Part shown: in pieces, positions 22,470-36,300 of the stretch | Layout of the letters: each line of letters opens with the position of its first letter | Position numbering within the stretch: position 1 is the first letter of the stretch | Assembly (NCBI RefSeq): GCF_963921235.1 | Contig: NC_086106.1 | Span: forward strand, 20,584,001-20,648,000 | From: Mobula hypostoma | Taxonomy: Eukaryota | Length of the DNA stretch: 64,000 bases | Direction of reading: 5' to 3' | Notes under the pieces: model-generated | What the model was told of the DNA's origin: nothing | What the model saw: the letters and a program-made list of their open reading frames with translations, nothing else | Database searches by the model: none | Program-made: the position numbers and the translations under genes

Positions 22470-22725
22470 CGGACAGTGCAGCGGAATGTAACAAACAACG
22501 AAAAGAGTTGTTCCACAGCTTTCTATCTGTGCCCACAGCACGAAAATCAATATGAAGCAGAGATCCCTGCGTGGAAAAAGGATGTAATATTTTCTTATAG
22601 CAAATGATTTTTATCAGAAACCTGACAACATGAATTTCAGCGCCAATTTCTGGGCACATCTCCCCTCACCATTATTAGAAAGCTCTTTGACCTGTTTCAG
22701 GCGGTGTGAGGAGCAGAACTATCGT
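22470..22725 (-). pseudogene. Fossil terminal-type CH exon (B2 cluster); split by CR1 in B1 (~3230-3488 + ~4432-4500) and B3 (~42050-42297 + ~43226-43300); copy ~63060-63390
   Basis: Motifs VLLLTPPET / VLFLPPPET, QRAF..LIMVRGDVPRN, GSLLHIDF, RKLWNNSFRCLLHSAAL resemble the last CH domain of shark IgH (LLPP.EE..QRFLSLTCLVRGFSPRE..EW..YSCVVGHEA); frameshifts present. Confidence 0.6.
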
Positions 22726-25017
22726 TAAAATGAGCTCAGGTGCAGAAACCATTGGCCGGAGAAGTAGTTATGGTTTGTAACAGTACACTCCTCAGCAGGT
22801 TAGCAGGCAAGTACTGCTGAATCTGTCGTTATGAATGGAAGCTCACGGGGGAGGGGATCCAATGTACAGATCATTATGTTGTTTTCTCTGCCCACTCTGG
22901 CGATGGCGGCATTGCGTGTCCGAAACCTTACACCCTCACTCAAATATAACGCGCGCTGATAGAATTACTAATCAAACAAAAGCTTACCCCTACCCAGGTA
23001 TTTTTCAGTCATTAAGCAGGTTCCAATTCTGCACAAATCAGTTCTGTATCCACAGATAATGAAGTACTTTCTGAAGTGGATTAGCGTTGTGACTGAAGGA
23101 AGGTAGCTTCCAAATTACATATAACAACCTCTCTGAAATATTAATGTCCTATAAAGAGATTCGGCATTCTGGTGATCCTCTTTGAGGGATCAATGTTGGG
23201 ACAGACATTAAAAGCCATTTATGTCCACCCGACACAACAGCCCCATCATGGCAGGAATTACAATGGTGAACGTCAAAAGGACCACAATCTTGTCGTAGGG
23301 TTTGGAGGTTTGTCTGTTTCAGTGACTCAGAGAACTATGTTGGCTGGCCCCGCAACATTGTGCTTTGGTTCTTGGCAGGCTTACCAATGACAAGCAGCTC
23401 AGAGGTTAGAGCCCAGATTAAGAGTGGTCCCTAGATCCTCCAGGATCCGGTGTTCTGTAACGGGTTACGATCCCTGACTGCACAAACAATTGTTCTGGAA
23501 ATAGCAAAAAAATATATATCTCTATGCGACCGTATCCCTGAATCTCCACCTAGGATTTACATGACTGACAAGAATGAACACTGACAGGAAGCTACAGTCA
23601 CGATGAAGGAAATCCTGAACATAAGACCAAAATTGTTTTTCGAAATGTACGAACGCTGCCTGCCTAAGCTGTCATCATTCCACTTACGAGCTGCCGTGGG
23701 AGCAGAAATGTGTGAACGATAGCTGGGGCATAATAGAGAAGATGGCCAAAAACTGACACTCTTCACCTGAACGGTAAAAGCGTTTCTGCCATTTATTGTA
23801 GACTTTCCACTTGCATTTTTCGGCCGAAGTGCAATATCTCACACTTGCACGGATTAAAATTTAATCTCCAATTTCTCGGCCCAATAACTGTCGATGTCCT
23901 GCTCTGTCAATTTGACAGACGTCTTCGCTGTTCACATGTCGGCAGTACGTCTGTTCTCGGAAAACCTAATCAGCCACCTTACATTTTTCTCCAAAGATTT
24001 ACATATAGCAAAAACTGCTGAGACCCTTACGCCGTCCTTTGCAGATTGTCAATAGCCATATTTCTCCTACATCTCTACTCTCTGCCTTCCTGAGCCAAGG
24101 TAATTTAACATCTTATCGATCAAGTCCCTATGGGTCATGTGCCTTAATCTTCTGGGTCAGGTTACCACCCGGGATTTTGTCGGCTTTATTATTGTATATG
24201 TAGATGGTGTTCCACCACACCGCCCGGACCGCACATATTTGTCACTCTTAAGAAACGTATTTTATTTTATAAGACTTGGTCTTCTCCGCATAAAACAGTT
24301 CTGACCAATAGGGCTCCAGCTTTACTGACTCACATCAATAGTGGGATAAAATGTATCATTTTTATATAAAAACAGCAAACACTATCCGCGACTACTTGCT
24401 TCAATCAGTGCAGTGAACATTCACCGATCCTGTGATTGCTTTTCCAGAGAATAAAACTGTTTGGGCGGAAGAGCCATGTAGCTTGCAGTATTATTAACTT
24501 AGAGTTCCAAAAACCGGCTTTGCCTGGGTACAGTCTATGTATATAGTTTGCAGCTCTCTTTGTGTGCTACTGCGGTCCCGCCGGGTTATACGATTTCCAC
24601 CAATATGCCAAAGATATGTTTTAAGTAGAGTTTTAATTAATCGCTGTAAATTAACAATGTGAGTGTTGGAAATTATGATAATTTGCGGGGATTGTGTGGA
24701 AAATGGAGGAAGATCGCAGAACATGGTGACTTATGTTTCCCTGGGGATGCAAGGTCTTCTCATGCAGCACTTCGGAAATTAGCGTCTTTCATAGCATACC
24801 ACCAATTATCAGCCAATTGGTGAAAATTATGTGTCCATAAAAGAGGCGTGCATGTTCAAGGGTGATTATTTTCGTTTCTTATTTGACCGGAATCAATATG
24901 TTAAATAGCGCAGCAAAGTCAAACAGGGTCAAAACAAATGGAAACAACGGTTATGGTTTTGTGATCAAAGTGGGTAAAGTTGTAAAAGTTAGTGGGGGTG
25001 CGGATAGCATGGGTTAT

Positions 25018-28000
25018 ATACTTTATACTTTATTGTCGCCAAACAATTGATAGTAGAGCCTACAATCATCACAGCGCTATTTGATTCTGCGGTACCCGCT
25101 CCCTAGATTACAAATGTTAAATATTAAAAATGGTAAAAATTAGTAAATATTAAAAAAATAAATTATAAATCGTAAATAGAAAATAGAAAAATCGAAAGTA
25201 AGGTAGTGCAAAAAACCGAGAGGCAGATCTGCATATTTGGAGGGTACGGCCGATATCCGGGTAAGGATCCGTTCAGCAGTCTTATTACAGTTGAAAAAAG
25301 CTGTTCCCAAACCTGGCCGTCAGAGTCTTCAAGCTCCTGAGCCTTCTCCTGGAGGAAAGAGGGACGAAAAATGTGTTGGCTAGGTGGGTCGTGTCCTTGA
25401 TAATCCTGGCAGCACTGTTCCGACAGCGTGCGGTGCAAAGTGATTCCAATAGAGGAAGGTTGGTTTGTGTGATGTGCTGCGCCGTGTTCATGATCTTCTG
25501 CAGCCGCTTTCGGTCTTGGACAGGACAACTTCCATACCAGGTTGTGATGCACCCTAGAAGAATGCTTTCTGCGGTGCATCTTTAAAAATTAGCCAGGGTT
25601 TCCGGGGAGAAGCCATTTTTTTTTTTTTTTTTTTAGTTTTCTCGGGAAGCAAAGGAGCTGGTGGGCCTTCTTGGCAGTGAATTCTGCTTGGTTGGACCTA
25701 CTCAGGTCATTTGTGATATTGAGCCCCAGGAACTTAAAGCTTTTGACCTGTTCCATTTGTGCAATACAGATTGGGTCGTGCGGTCCGCTACTCCTTCTGA
25801 AGTCCACAACCAATTCCTTCGTCTTGCTGACGTTGAGGGATAGGTTATTGTCTTTGTACCATGCCACCAGGTTTTTAATTTCCTCTCTGTACTCAAACTG
25901 ATCATTACCCAAGATACAGCCTACAATTGTGTCATCAGCAAACTTATATATTGAGTTTGATGGAAACTTGGCTACACAATCACGGGTGTACTCTGAGTAC
26001 AGCAGGGGGCTGAGTACACAGACTTGTGGTGCACCGGTACTGAGAGTGATTGTAGAGGAGAACTTGTCCCCTGTTTTTTGCAGTCTAGGTCCTAGCTGTG
26101 AGGAAGTTGAAGATCCAGCTGCAGATCTGAGTGCTAAGGCCCAGGTTTCAGAGCTTAGGAATCAGTTTATTTGGAATGATGGTATTAAAGGCTGAACTGT
26201 AGTCAATGAAAAGAAGCCTTACGTATGCGTCTTTATTCTCCAGGCCTTCTAAGGAGGAATGTAGGGCCAGAGAGTTGGCATCTGCCGTTGACCTTTTGCT
26301 CCGGTAGGCGAATTGCAAAGCGTCGATGTTGACCGGTAGGCTGTGGTTGATGTGTGCCATAACCAATCTCTCGAAGCACTTCATAGCAATTGATGTCAGA
26401 GTCACAGGTCGATAGTCGTTCAGGCATGTCACCTTGCTTATCTTCGGCACTGGGATTATCGTTGCCTTTTTAAAACACGAGAGGATCTTAGACTGAAGCA
26501 AGAAGCAGTCGAAGATGTCAACAAACACTCCAGCTTGCTCGTTCGGACAGTCCCGGAAAACCCGTCCCGTGACGCCATCTGGACACGTCGCCTTCCTTGG
26601 ATATATCTTCAGGAAGACCCTTCTAACGTCCTCCTCAGTGACAATGAATCTCGATGCCACCAGGTCCGGTTCATCCGGAGGGAGCGGGACGCTCCTCTTT
26701 TGTTCGAATCTTGCGTAGAATATGTTAAGTTCGTCAGGTAGAGAAGCGCCATAGTTATTGATATTCCCAGCCTTTTTTTTTTTTTTTTTTGCGCCCGGTG
26801 ATCTCATTTAGACGCTGCCATAGTCTACCGGAATCCCTCTGGTTAGCCTGGGCTTCCAACTTGACTCGATACTGCCACTTGTCGCCGTTAATAACTTTCG
26901 GTAGTTCATGCCTAGATTCCATGTAGAAACTGGTATCCCCGGACCTAAAATCCGCAGCTATAGCCTTTAAAAGGGACTTGACCTCATAATTCATCCAAGG
27001 TTTCCGGTTAGGGAATACCCTGATCGTCTTGCGAGAAAAAACATTCCTCCGTGCATTTCTAAATAAAGTCCGTGATAGCTGAGGCATATCGAGGTTAGCT
27101 GCCGAGTTCTTGAATACTAACCAGTCCACTGATTCAAAGCAGTCACGGAAGACCTCATCCGTTTCCTCCGTCCAACGCGACACTAATTTTGACACCGTGA
27201 TCTCCCGCTTCAGTTTCTGTTTGTAAGCCGGGCGGAGGAGTACGGCCTGATGGTTCGATTTTCCGAAGTGAGGTCGTGGGACGGAATGGTACGCATCCTT
27301 GACTGCTGTGTAGCTGTGGTCAGGTATATTCGGGCCTCTAGTGGGGCAGGAGACATGTTGGTTTCACTTTGGCAGCACCTTTCTGAGGTTGGCTTGATTA
27401 AAGTCCCCGGCTACAATGACCAACGCCTCCTGTGGGTATACAGTATGTTCAGAGCATACTCCACGTCCGCCTGGGGTTGGGGGCGGGGTGGAATGTGGAC
27501 CGCTGTCAGTATGACCAAGGTGGATTCCTGTGCAAGATAGTAGGGGCGACACTTCACCGACAGGTATTTCAGGTCCAGGCTGCAGGAGCTTTTCAGTGCC
27601 ACTGTGTCCGAGCGCCACGCAGTGTTGATCAGTAGGCAGACACCACCTCCGCTCGTCTTGCCCGAAGACGCCACGAGGTGCATCTGATGGATCGAAAATC
27701 CTTCCGGGCGGATGGCACAGACGGGGTTGGCAGGGGAGAGCCAGGTCTCGGTGAAACAGAATACACAACAGTTCTGCATCTCCCTACAGGAGGTCAGTCT
27801 CCCTTCAAAATCATCCACCTTGTTCCCTGTGGCGTGCACATTAGCTAGTAGGGACCCTGAAGCCCCTCAGCTTCAATCTGACCAAAGTCCAGCTCTTTTC
27901 CAAAGCTTCCTCGATAAATAATGCATCTTTCCCGGTTTCCATTGATGCAATGTGCTGTTGTCAGCTCTTTGAGGTTGGTGGACGCATCCCGCGAGGATCG

Positions 28001-28654
28001 ATCGGTGGGTCGCTTCGTCGGGCGCTCCGGATCGGGCCGAGTGACGGAGGAGGGTTCGCTGCCACTTCCAGCTGCCGGGGGCCCGGGCTGTCGATTGGGT
28101 CGGGCCCCGAAGCCGGCACTTAATCCCGGAAGGCCGTCTCCTGGCTGAAACAGGTCCGTAAGCCGTTTCACGGTTGTGGAGGCCTCCGCTCCAGCCAAGA
28201 CTCCGGCTCGATTTCCGAGGTCGGCGTAGGAGGCCTCACTTCCGGCAGCTGTGTATGGCCACCAACGAGGCTTTACGGTGCTCGCTCCGGGGAAGCGTCT
28301 GCGGCACCTTGAGGTCTCCGCCGTCACTTCTGTGTGGTCGTCTGCTCCGGAGAGGTGCTGGTCGGAATGGGCCGAGTCTTCAAGCGCTCCGGCACGGTAG
28401 CAGACCGCGGGTCTCCGGGAACGTGGTGGGCCTCGCTGGTCGGGTCCAGGTGCGGTCCGGAGTTTAAGAACAGTTCTGGCGCCGTGGTCTCCAGCTGGGT
28501 CAGTAGCTTCGCCAGGGTGCTGTTGATCTTGCTAGATGTAGCAGGTTGAAGGCCTAGAAGTGTTTCTCGGTTACAGGACAGTGGAGAGGGCGGTTTGCTC
28601 AGGACAGCACGTGCAAAGTCGCCAGTTACCGGCGCCATCTTTCTTTCTTTTTGC
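25018..28654 (-). mobile_element. Near-full-length Rex1/Babar-like LINE with disrupted APE and RT
   Basis: APE motifs (CFTETWL, GGGVC), RT motifs (DYRPVTLTS, QFAYR, LFIDYSSAFNTI), C-terminal RFGNSFF, (ATAAAGT)n tail, 5' AAGATGGCGCC start, 6-bp TSD GGTTAT (25012-25017, 28655-28660); absent from sister units. Confidence 0.88.
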
Positions 28655-31635
28655 GGTTATCCAGTTGTCGCCATGCTAGGACTAATGTTGGAAAGCATGC
28701 GTAGGGTCACGAAATGATGACACGGGAGATGATATTTGAACGTGCTTCTGTTTACAGAGAGTAATTTAGAAGTTAGAAATTGGGCCATCGACCATGAGGG
28801 TGCAGTCATAAGGGAAGTTAGAGATATTAACTGCATGGGTGAGTGATGCTAGAGTTGCCAGAAGTGGACAATTGATTTCACTTGTTGCCTGAAGCGGAGG
28901 GCTCTAGATATCAATTGGATCCGCTTCCACAACGTTTGCTGTTGTTCCAGGTACTTTCAGTCTTCACATTTTTAATTTCTCATGTATTAACTTTGGTATT
29001 CTCTCTTTCATCTAGGACACTGAATATCGTCCCTGTCATTCTCTCTGATATTATGCATTTCACCAGGTCAGCTTTCCTGCTCAAGATCATGCAATCCTTG
29101 TTTGTCTAAACTACCTCCCCCGCCCCCCCCCCCGTATATCATATATGTCAATTCAGATAACATTGAAACATAAACATAGAAACATGGAAAACCCACAGCA
29201 CAATACAGGCTCTTCGGCTCACAATGTTGTGCCATATTTTGGTGAAAGTGCATTGATGTGAGCCAGTACCTCTGTTTCTCAAACCACATATGTTCCCTGA
29301 GCTGCCCAGAGTTGGCACTGCAGGAGGCAGAATAACGCCAGTCGATCAAAATTGCAGCCGAAGACATCATACATCCCGGGAACGACAGGCTGTATCTACA
29401 CTTTTGTCTGGATCAGTGTTCCTCGTGCACTTTCCAAAAATACCGATCAAATTGAGAACAAGGGGCTGGGCTGAATGAGGAGCTGGAGGTGCGTGTGTGA
29501 GCTTCGAAGAAACTTGCAACAAAATAACATCCGGGTATTTAAAAAAAAATAATGGAGGGTGCATCACCAGATCGGATGAGATTCTGTCTGATTTTTGCCT
29601 GCATTGTATTAATTTGATAGACTTTAACAGTGGGCAATTTTAGTTACTCATTTTTTGAGCTGTGGGCTGTGCCGGGGAAGTCAGAATGAATTACACATCT
29701 GGGTCGCTATTCAGAGAGCGTTTGGACGCAATCACGTTGATGGGTCAGGGGTCATAGAGAGTCTCGGAGGCTAAGGATGAGAGATCTCTTTCCTGAAGGA
29801 TATCACTAATTCTGAAATGAAATTATTACTAATGGCGAGATTTGAAAATAAATACAAATTGGAAATCTGACTGCAGATCAAAATCTGTTGCGGATTATTA
29901 TGACCTAAGTTTAAAATTGTCGGGTTTGTTCTGGTTGTATCCGTGAACTGTTCTTCCATCCCCCTGCACCACTCAGCTGATTTCATGTGCTACCCTATTC
30001 TCCATCGCTTTGAATCTAACTGTCTGCCTGCCTGCAGGATCAATCTATAGATACTGTCCAGGGCAATGTTTTCCCATTGATAACATCACAAGAATATGCT
30101 GTCTGATCGTTATGACCTTAACGTTAATGGAATCTGCTGTGTGCAGAATTTCTCCATATTCCCTTCACTGTAACAGGGCCGTATTTTGCATCTAGGTCTT
30201 TGCCCGTGATCTGCTCGGGGCACAATGCAAGGTGCTCTGTAAATTTCAGGACGTTATCTCACAACAACTTTTACCGAATCACCAGTAAAACTGGTTTATG
30301 TGGAAATTACTTGTTAAACAAACCCAGTCACGATGTAAGACGGCAAAGAATTAGATCGGTTGCTCCGTCAGTGAACTGAGAATAAACAGTTTCTTTGAAC
30401 AGCACAGTTCAAATTATGTCCCGTGAGTGTGTGATGGGACAAGTTAGGGGAAGTTTGCCCTCTGATCCTCAATGATCTGGTGCTCTGCACAGGGTGACGA
30501 CCCTGACTGTTCAAAAAGTTGCTCTGGAAATAACAATAGAAAATCAAAATATGTGTGCGACGGCATTCCGGATCCCAAAGTTTACACTCTAATGCACCTG
30601 GCCTGGGAGGGATTAGAGCGTGCAGATGGATCTTTCTGTGCATCCGTAGTTGCCAAGACAGGACATGGGCGTTGTAATCTGCACTTAACTCATGTTCTGT
30701 GTACTCTGGGATGCTCTATGGAATCTCTTTGAGGAAGAATTCCCCAGAATAACAAGCTAAGTACTGATTCCATAGATGGACAAAACAGAGAGTGACGTCA
30801 TTGATCAGATAATGTCTGGGCGTAATGTCCGGGTTTATTGGCTGTGCAAATCCAATAAACCCATTGGCTCTCTGCTCTTCTCCGTATCGCTACGAATGGC
30901 AAATTCCCTCCTGTGCCGCCTCTACACTCACAATTGAGCTCACGATGATTCAGGCAGTGTGTTCCAGATCACTAACGTTCATCAAAATGTTCCCCTAATT
31001 GGTCCCACCCACAGCATCTATACTACTCCAAATTCAGATACGTAAATGCAATGATGTGTGCAATTGATGAAGGCATTGTGCCTTCAATTCCCTGCCATTG
31101 TATTTCTACATCACTTATCCACTGCCTTCCCAACTCCAAAGTTCTGTCTCTCCGTAAACCATCTCCTCACCCATCAGGGAATAACTCTAAACGATTAAAA
31201 CCATCAATTAATCCTGAGATGTCCCTTATACCATAGATGCATCCTGGGACAAACCTCACGCTGAACATTACATGATTGATCTGACACCCACCTCTTACCT
31301 GGTGATATTGGAAGCAGTATAATAGAGCTGAGCATGGGCCAGTATGTATAAGTATGACCAGGAAGGTGATTACTGTAACATGAACGTATGGAAGGACAAG
31401 CCACTGACCGGGGACGAAAGCAGAAAGAGCATAAATCCAAGACCAACAAGCTTAATTCATGCTGAAGCAACTGTATTTCTATGTTATATTGATTATCATG
31501 TTGTACATAACATTTATTATAAAGACTATAATTGCACATTGCAATTTTGAACGGAGACGTAACGTAAATATCTTTACTCATCATGTATATGAAGGATGTT
31601 AGTAATAAGCTCAATTCAATTTAATCCAGTTCAAT

Positions 31636-32472
31636 TCAAGTTACTGTCAGCGAGGTCCTTCCTAATAGGCGAGATATTCACACTTCTCCTTCTCCCCATT
31701 CACCCAGTACAGTAACTTCACTTGCCCGTCTCATCCACTGATATAAAAGTGTCAACACGATCCCAGACCGGCAGCAACCACTTCCTGGATTTCGAACCGA
31801 AATTTGAGCTTGGGTCCTCCCAGCCTCTGATTAAAAGAGTCATTTTCAGAGATTTCCTGTGTGCAGACACGGGAATCAAAGTTGAAGCCAGTTGGGCTTT
31901 TCCTTGTCCAGAACTAAACTTTTGCCTTTGCAGTCTCAGTCAGCCTTCAGGCATTTGACTCTGGGAGGCTGCAATGCGAAATTCGTGGAGACAGGCTGCG
32001 ATGCAGACGCTCACTTGTCCAGATCAGTTTCTGTTTAGATTCCCATCACCGTGGAGGCTATCCCGGTGCTTCATTGCAGGTCACAATGCGACTTCGTCAT
32101 ATGCACCCCAAATCCAATGGATCGCAGAGCCAGCCAACGTATCTATTAAACCCTTCCTCTGGATACGGGCGTCCCATACAGCAGGTCTCAATCTCGGCCA
32201 TCCCGGTCCTGGAGTGGATATGAGATAACCCACCGGGATCTTTCTCTGGACTTCAACTGACAGCTCCTCCTCTGTAGTTCCGTTCACATTGAGTCTCATT
32301 TCTAGTTGAACTTGTACTTATTTCTTGATTATGCACTCCGTCTCCGATATATATATCTATAATCAGGGTAAAGACCGGCAGAATCGAACGAAGAGCCGAG
32401 TTAAAAGTGTTTTGTCGCAGTAGATATTGAGAGCTGCCACCTCTCACACTGAGGCACACCATGAAATAGACG
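31636..32472 (-). pseudogene. Decayed D1-D2-J block of unit B2 (J 31636-31678; D2 32026-32089; D1 remnant 32407-32472)
   Basis: J YLAY*-[5 nt]-TSLTVT; J RSS heptamer-23-ACAGTAACT (plus strand); D2 ATAGCCTC followed by CACGGTG-12-ACAGAAACT. Confidence 0.8.
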
Positions 32473-32867
32473 ATATGATACACCGACGTACGGTAACCTG
32501 CGACCCTATCACTATCTCTCAGCAGTTCATTCGTCAGTCACATCGCGCCGGAACAGCAATGGTTCTCTTGTCACTAATGTTCTGCATACCCCGACTATTT
32601 ATTGTAACGTGTAGACGAATGACCGAGATCTGCCAAGTTGGCTCTTTGAACCTATTCCCCCTCACGGCGCTTGTCTCCGAGCTGCCGTCTGTAGTGATCC
32701 GCTGAGACAGTCGGCCCATCCATCCAGCTACTGTTCTCTGGAATCACCACTGAGAACCCGCTTTCCAATGCGTGGACGAGCCGGTGTGGCCTTTAACAAC
32801 CGGGATACAGCTGTGGCGATCACTACTGGCCTTTCCCTCTGCGCCCTACCGGTCGGCGATTTCACTG

Positions 32868-32906
32868 GGTTTTTGTCTCGGTCTGCTCCCGATCTCTCTC
32901 ACTGTG
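32868..32906 (-). promoter_or_regulatory. V 3' 23-RSS of B2
   Basis: CACAGTG + 23 nt + ACAAAAACC. Confidence 0.96.
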
Positions 32907-33391
32907 TCTCTCGCACAGTAATAGGTGGCCGTGTCCTCCAGTATCAGGTTGTTTATTTGCAGATAAACGGTGCTGCTGTCCTTGGAAACCTCGAATCTGC
33001 CTTCGACTCCAGGAGCGTAGTTTTTGTTACCGTTAGCCCAGACAGCGGCCACCCATTCCGGCCCTTTTCCTACAACCTGTCTCACCCAGTGCATGCCATA
33101 GCTGTTGAGGCTGAACCCACTGACTGCACAGGTCAATCTGTGGGACTGTCCGGCTTTTACCATCTCTGACTCGGGCTGTTCCAGCCTGATATCGGACTGC
33201 GCGCCTGCCAACAAAAGAAGAGCAGAAATTGATAGAAATGTTCCACGAGCATAGATTCACAAAGCCTCCGAGAAACAGTCTGCCTCGGGTAGATAATAAA
33301 TTGTGAGACAGTCACCTGGAAGGCAAAGCAGGAGGAGACAGTAATAAGGAATGCCCCATATCTTGCTGAGCACTGAATCCGACTTCGACAT
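32907..33391 (-). CDS. IGHV: Ig heavy-chain V segment B2 (IgW-like), apparently intact; leader 33316-33391, V exon 32907-33204
   Basis: Leader [30 protein letters not shown] intron, open 298-nt V exon [41 protein letters not shown], perfect 23-RSS. Confidence 0.93.
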
Positions 33392-36300
33392 TTTTGAGAT
33401 CAGCGGCTTTAGTTGAGACCGGATTTATCGCGTCCGCCGAGAGCGCTGTTCAAATAGAGACGTAGACTGCCAGTGAGAGGAGGAGCCGCGGTTTGTAAAG
33501 GCTCCCACACAATGAAACCAGAGACACAAATTCCTGTCCCCGCCCCCAGCTGAACTTAGAATTTTCCAAAATACATTCGTCTCTGCACAGGCGACAGGTC
33601 AGCGGCAGTGACCAGATCCGGTTTGACGGGGCTGAGATACCCCAGCCAGTGGACAAACGTCACCCTGTGAGACAGGAAGTTTGAGACACCGGTCAGTGGA
33701 CAGAGATTCCTCTGAGAGAGAGGAACTGAGAGATTCTAGTCAATGGACTGGTGCCGCCCCCCCCCCCTCCACCCCCGATACAGCGACTAACTGATTAGTC
33801 AGTGGACAGATAAATTATTAGAGACAAAGACTGTGAGAAACCAGTTAGTGGACAGATATCGCTCTGAATGACAGGGTCTGAGCACACTATTCAATGGGCA
33901 GATTTCCTCCTTTGGGACACCGTTCGAGGGACACTGGACTGGGCACGGAAATGTAATAAACAAAAAGCTCACGGTGTATATGCGATTATTCAATTGTCGG
34001 CATATTAGGATCAATGCCGGCAAGCACGCGTCGGATCACGAAAGGATGACACTGGAAGCTGATAGTTGAATATGTTCATGTTTACAGAGGGTCATTTAGA
34101 AGTTAGAATTTGGGCCATCGACCATGACTGTAATATCCTATGTGAAGCCAAGACATTAGCTGCATGGCTGACTGGATCTGGAGTTTCGAAGAGTGGAGAA
34201 TAGATTTCACCTGTTGCCTGTGATGGAGGTCTTTAATTTCATGGAGAGTTTGAATAAGCTGGATGTATTTTCGCTGGAAGGTTAATCTAACGTTGTTATG
34301 TTTATAAAATTGTGAGCAGTACAGAGGCAGCCAGAGTCCGTTTTCAGGGCACACAAGGTTACAACCAGACGGCGTAAGTTTCAGGTGAGAGGGTCAGAAA
34401 GTAAAGAATCCCATACACGGGACTATGGTTATTTCCAAAAAAAAATTTCCAGGTAAGGTGGGGCAGCTGATTGCATCCGTTGTTTTAAAGACAGCTATGA
34501 AAGTGAATGAATAGGAACGGCAGAAAAGTGATGGGTGACAAACCTGCACATGAAATGATGGTATATAGGCATCGCGGGAGGCCGCAAAATCCATTTCCTG
34601 TGCTGTAAGACATTCTGATTCTCTTCCACGGCATCCTGTACACGCTGAAATATTGCAACCTAAGGTATTATGTTACTTGCCCCTCTGCCAGTACTTATAA
34701 AGTGGTGATAATGGTGGACATCCTGGCCTACCAGGCATATCTTCCTTCTCTGTATTTGCACTTCGGTAGATAATATTAATTAAGTTAATTTGTTCGTGCA
34801 TTTACACTCCATCTGTTATTCTACGATCACTTTATATGGTCTACTTCTACGGTGGACCGTGTTTATCCCTTCTCCGCCCAACCATTTGTTTCACAATGTT
34901 TCCTTTATCTCGTTGCAACTTCTGACGGAGGGTCTTTCAAGTAAAACTTTAACTCACGTTTCTCTCTTGCGATGGATATGATCTGACCTCGTGAGCATTT
35001 CCAGATTTATTTTTGAAATCCCAACGTCTGTTTTTTTTTTCAAATTTGTTATGACGAAAATGTGTTTCCGGTGGTGGGTAATGACTCAAGCATTAAATTC
35101 CACAGACAGCCCCGCTTGAGATTAATAATGTAAGACTGTAACACTCAGTATATAGAATATAGAACTGTATAGGCAATGCCCGTTGAGCTCTCCCCTGTCT
35201 GTGGCAATCATGATGCTCTTTTTAAGCAGCATGTCCGCCTACAGCCTGCATGATGTATTGTCTGTGAAATTGTCTCTTAGATGTTGCATTCATATACGCT
35301 TCCGTAAGTTCTACTGAATTTCCAGGTACTTTCAGTCTTCGCATATTTAAAAAACTGCTCGTGTATCCTCTTTGGAATCCTCTCTTTCATCTTAAATCAA
35401 TGTGTCCGAGGATTTCACGGTTTCACCCTGGCATAAATGTACTGATTATCTTCCCTGTCATGCTCTGATATTATGTATTTCACCAGGTGGTCAACGAGCT
35501 TTAGTGTTCAATATAATGCAATCCTAGTTTGTCTAAACTCACTTATATACCATGCAAGCCAATCCAGATAACATACAAGTTACCCACTTCTGTACCATGG
35601 TCCAAAACCGCACATCCTTCCTAAAATGTGACGACGAGAACTGCTCGCAATACTTAAATGCGGCCGAGCAAAATATTTACATGGCGGCAATTTTATTTGC
35701 TAACATTTATACTCATTGACACGAACGAGTACGGGATATATATTGTAGCTTCACTTAGCACACTCCTTCCAGAGGCGCAATGCCGTGCAGGGTTTGGAGG
35801 CTTGGGTGCCTTAATGACCCTGACGGCCTTGTGCTGTGGCGCTTCGTCGGATCTCTTATGCCTCAGAGATCAATCCGCAGAGGCTGCACTAAGAGCGATA
35901 GACCGACCCTGTAGGTCCGTGGGCTGGGTTTCAGCTCAGTGCCAACAGCCACATGACAAGTGAAAAAAGGACGAAGTGTTCCTCATATGAAATGACACAC
36001 TGAAGAAGCACTTAGCAATGTAATCCCCTCCAAAACGTCTGCTGAAGTTCTTGGTGTTTTCTGTCTTCGCATTAAAAAAAAATCTATTTTTTCCTCTTAA
36101 TATCCTCCCTTTCATCTTTAGTCAATGTTGCCGAAGATTTCACGGCTCCAACATTGTATTGACGATATTATATATATCACCAGCTCGGCCGGCAGGTTTT
36201 ATTGCTCAAGAAAATACAATTCTAGTTTGTCTAAACTCCCCTCATATATCAGAGAAGCCAATCCAGAAAACATACAGTTGACCCACTTCAGTGCCATATC

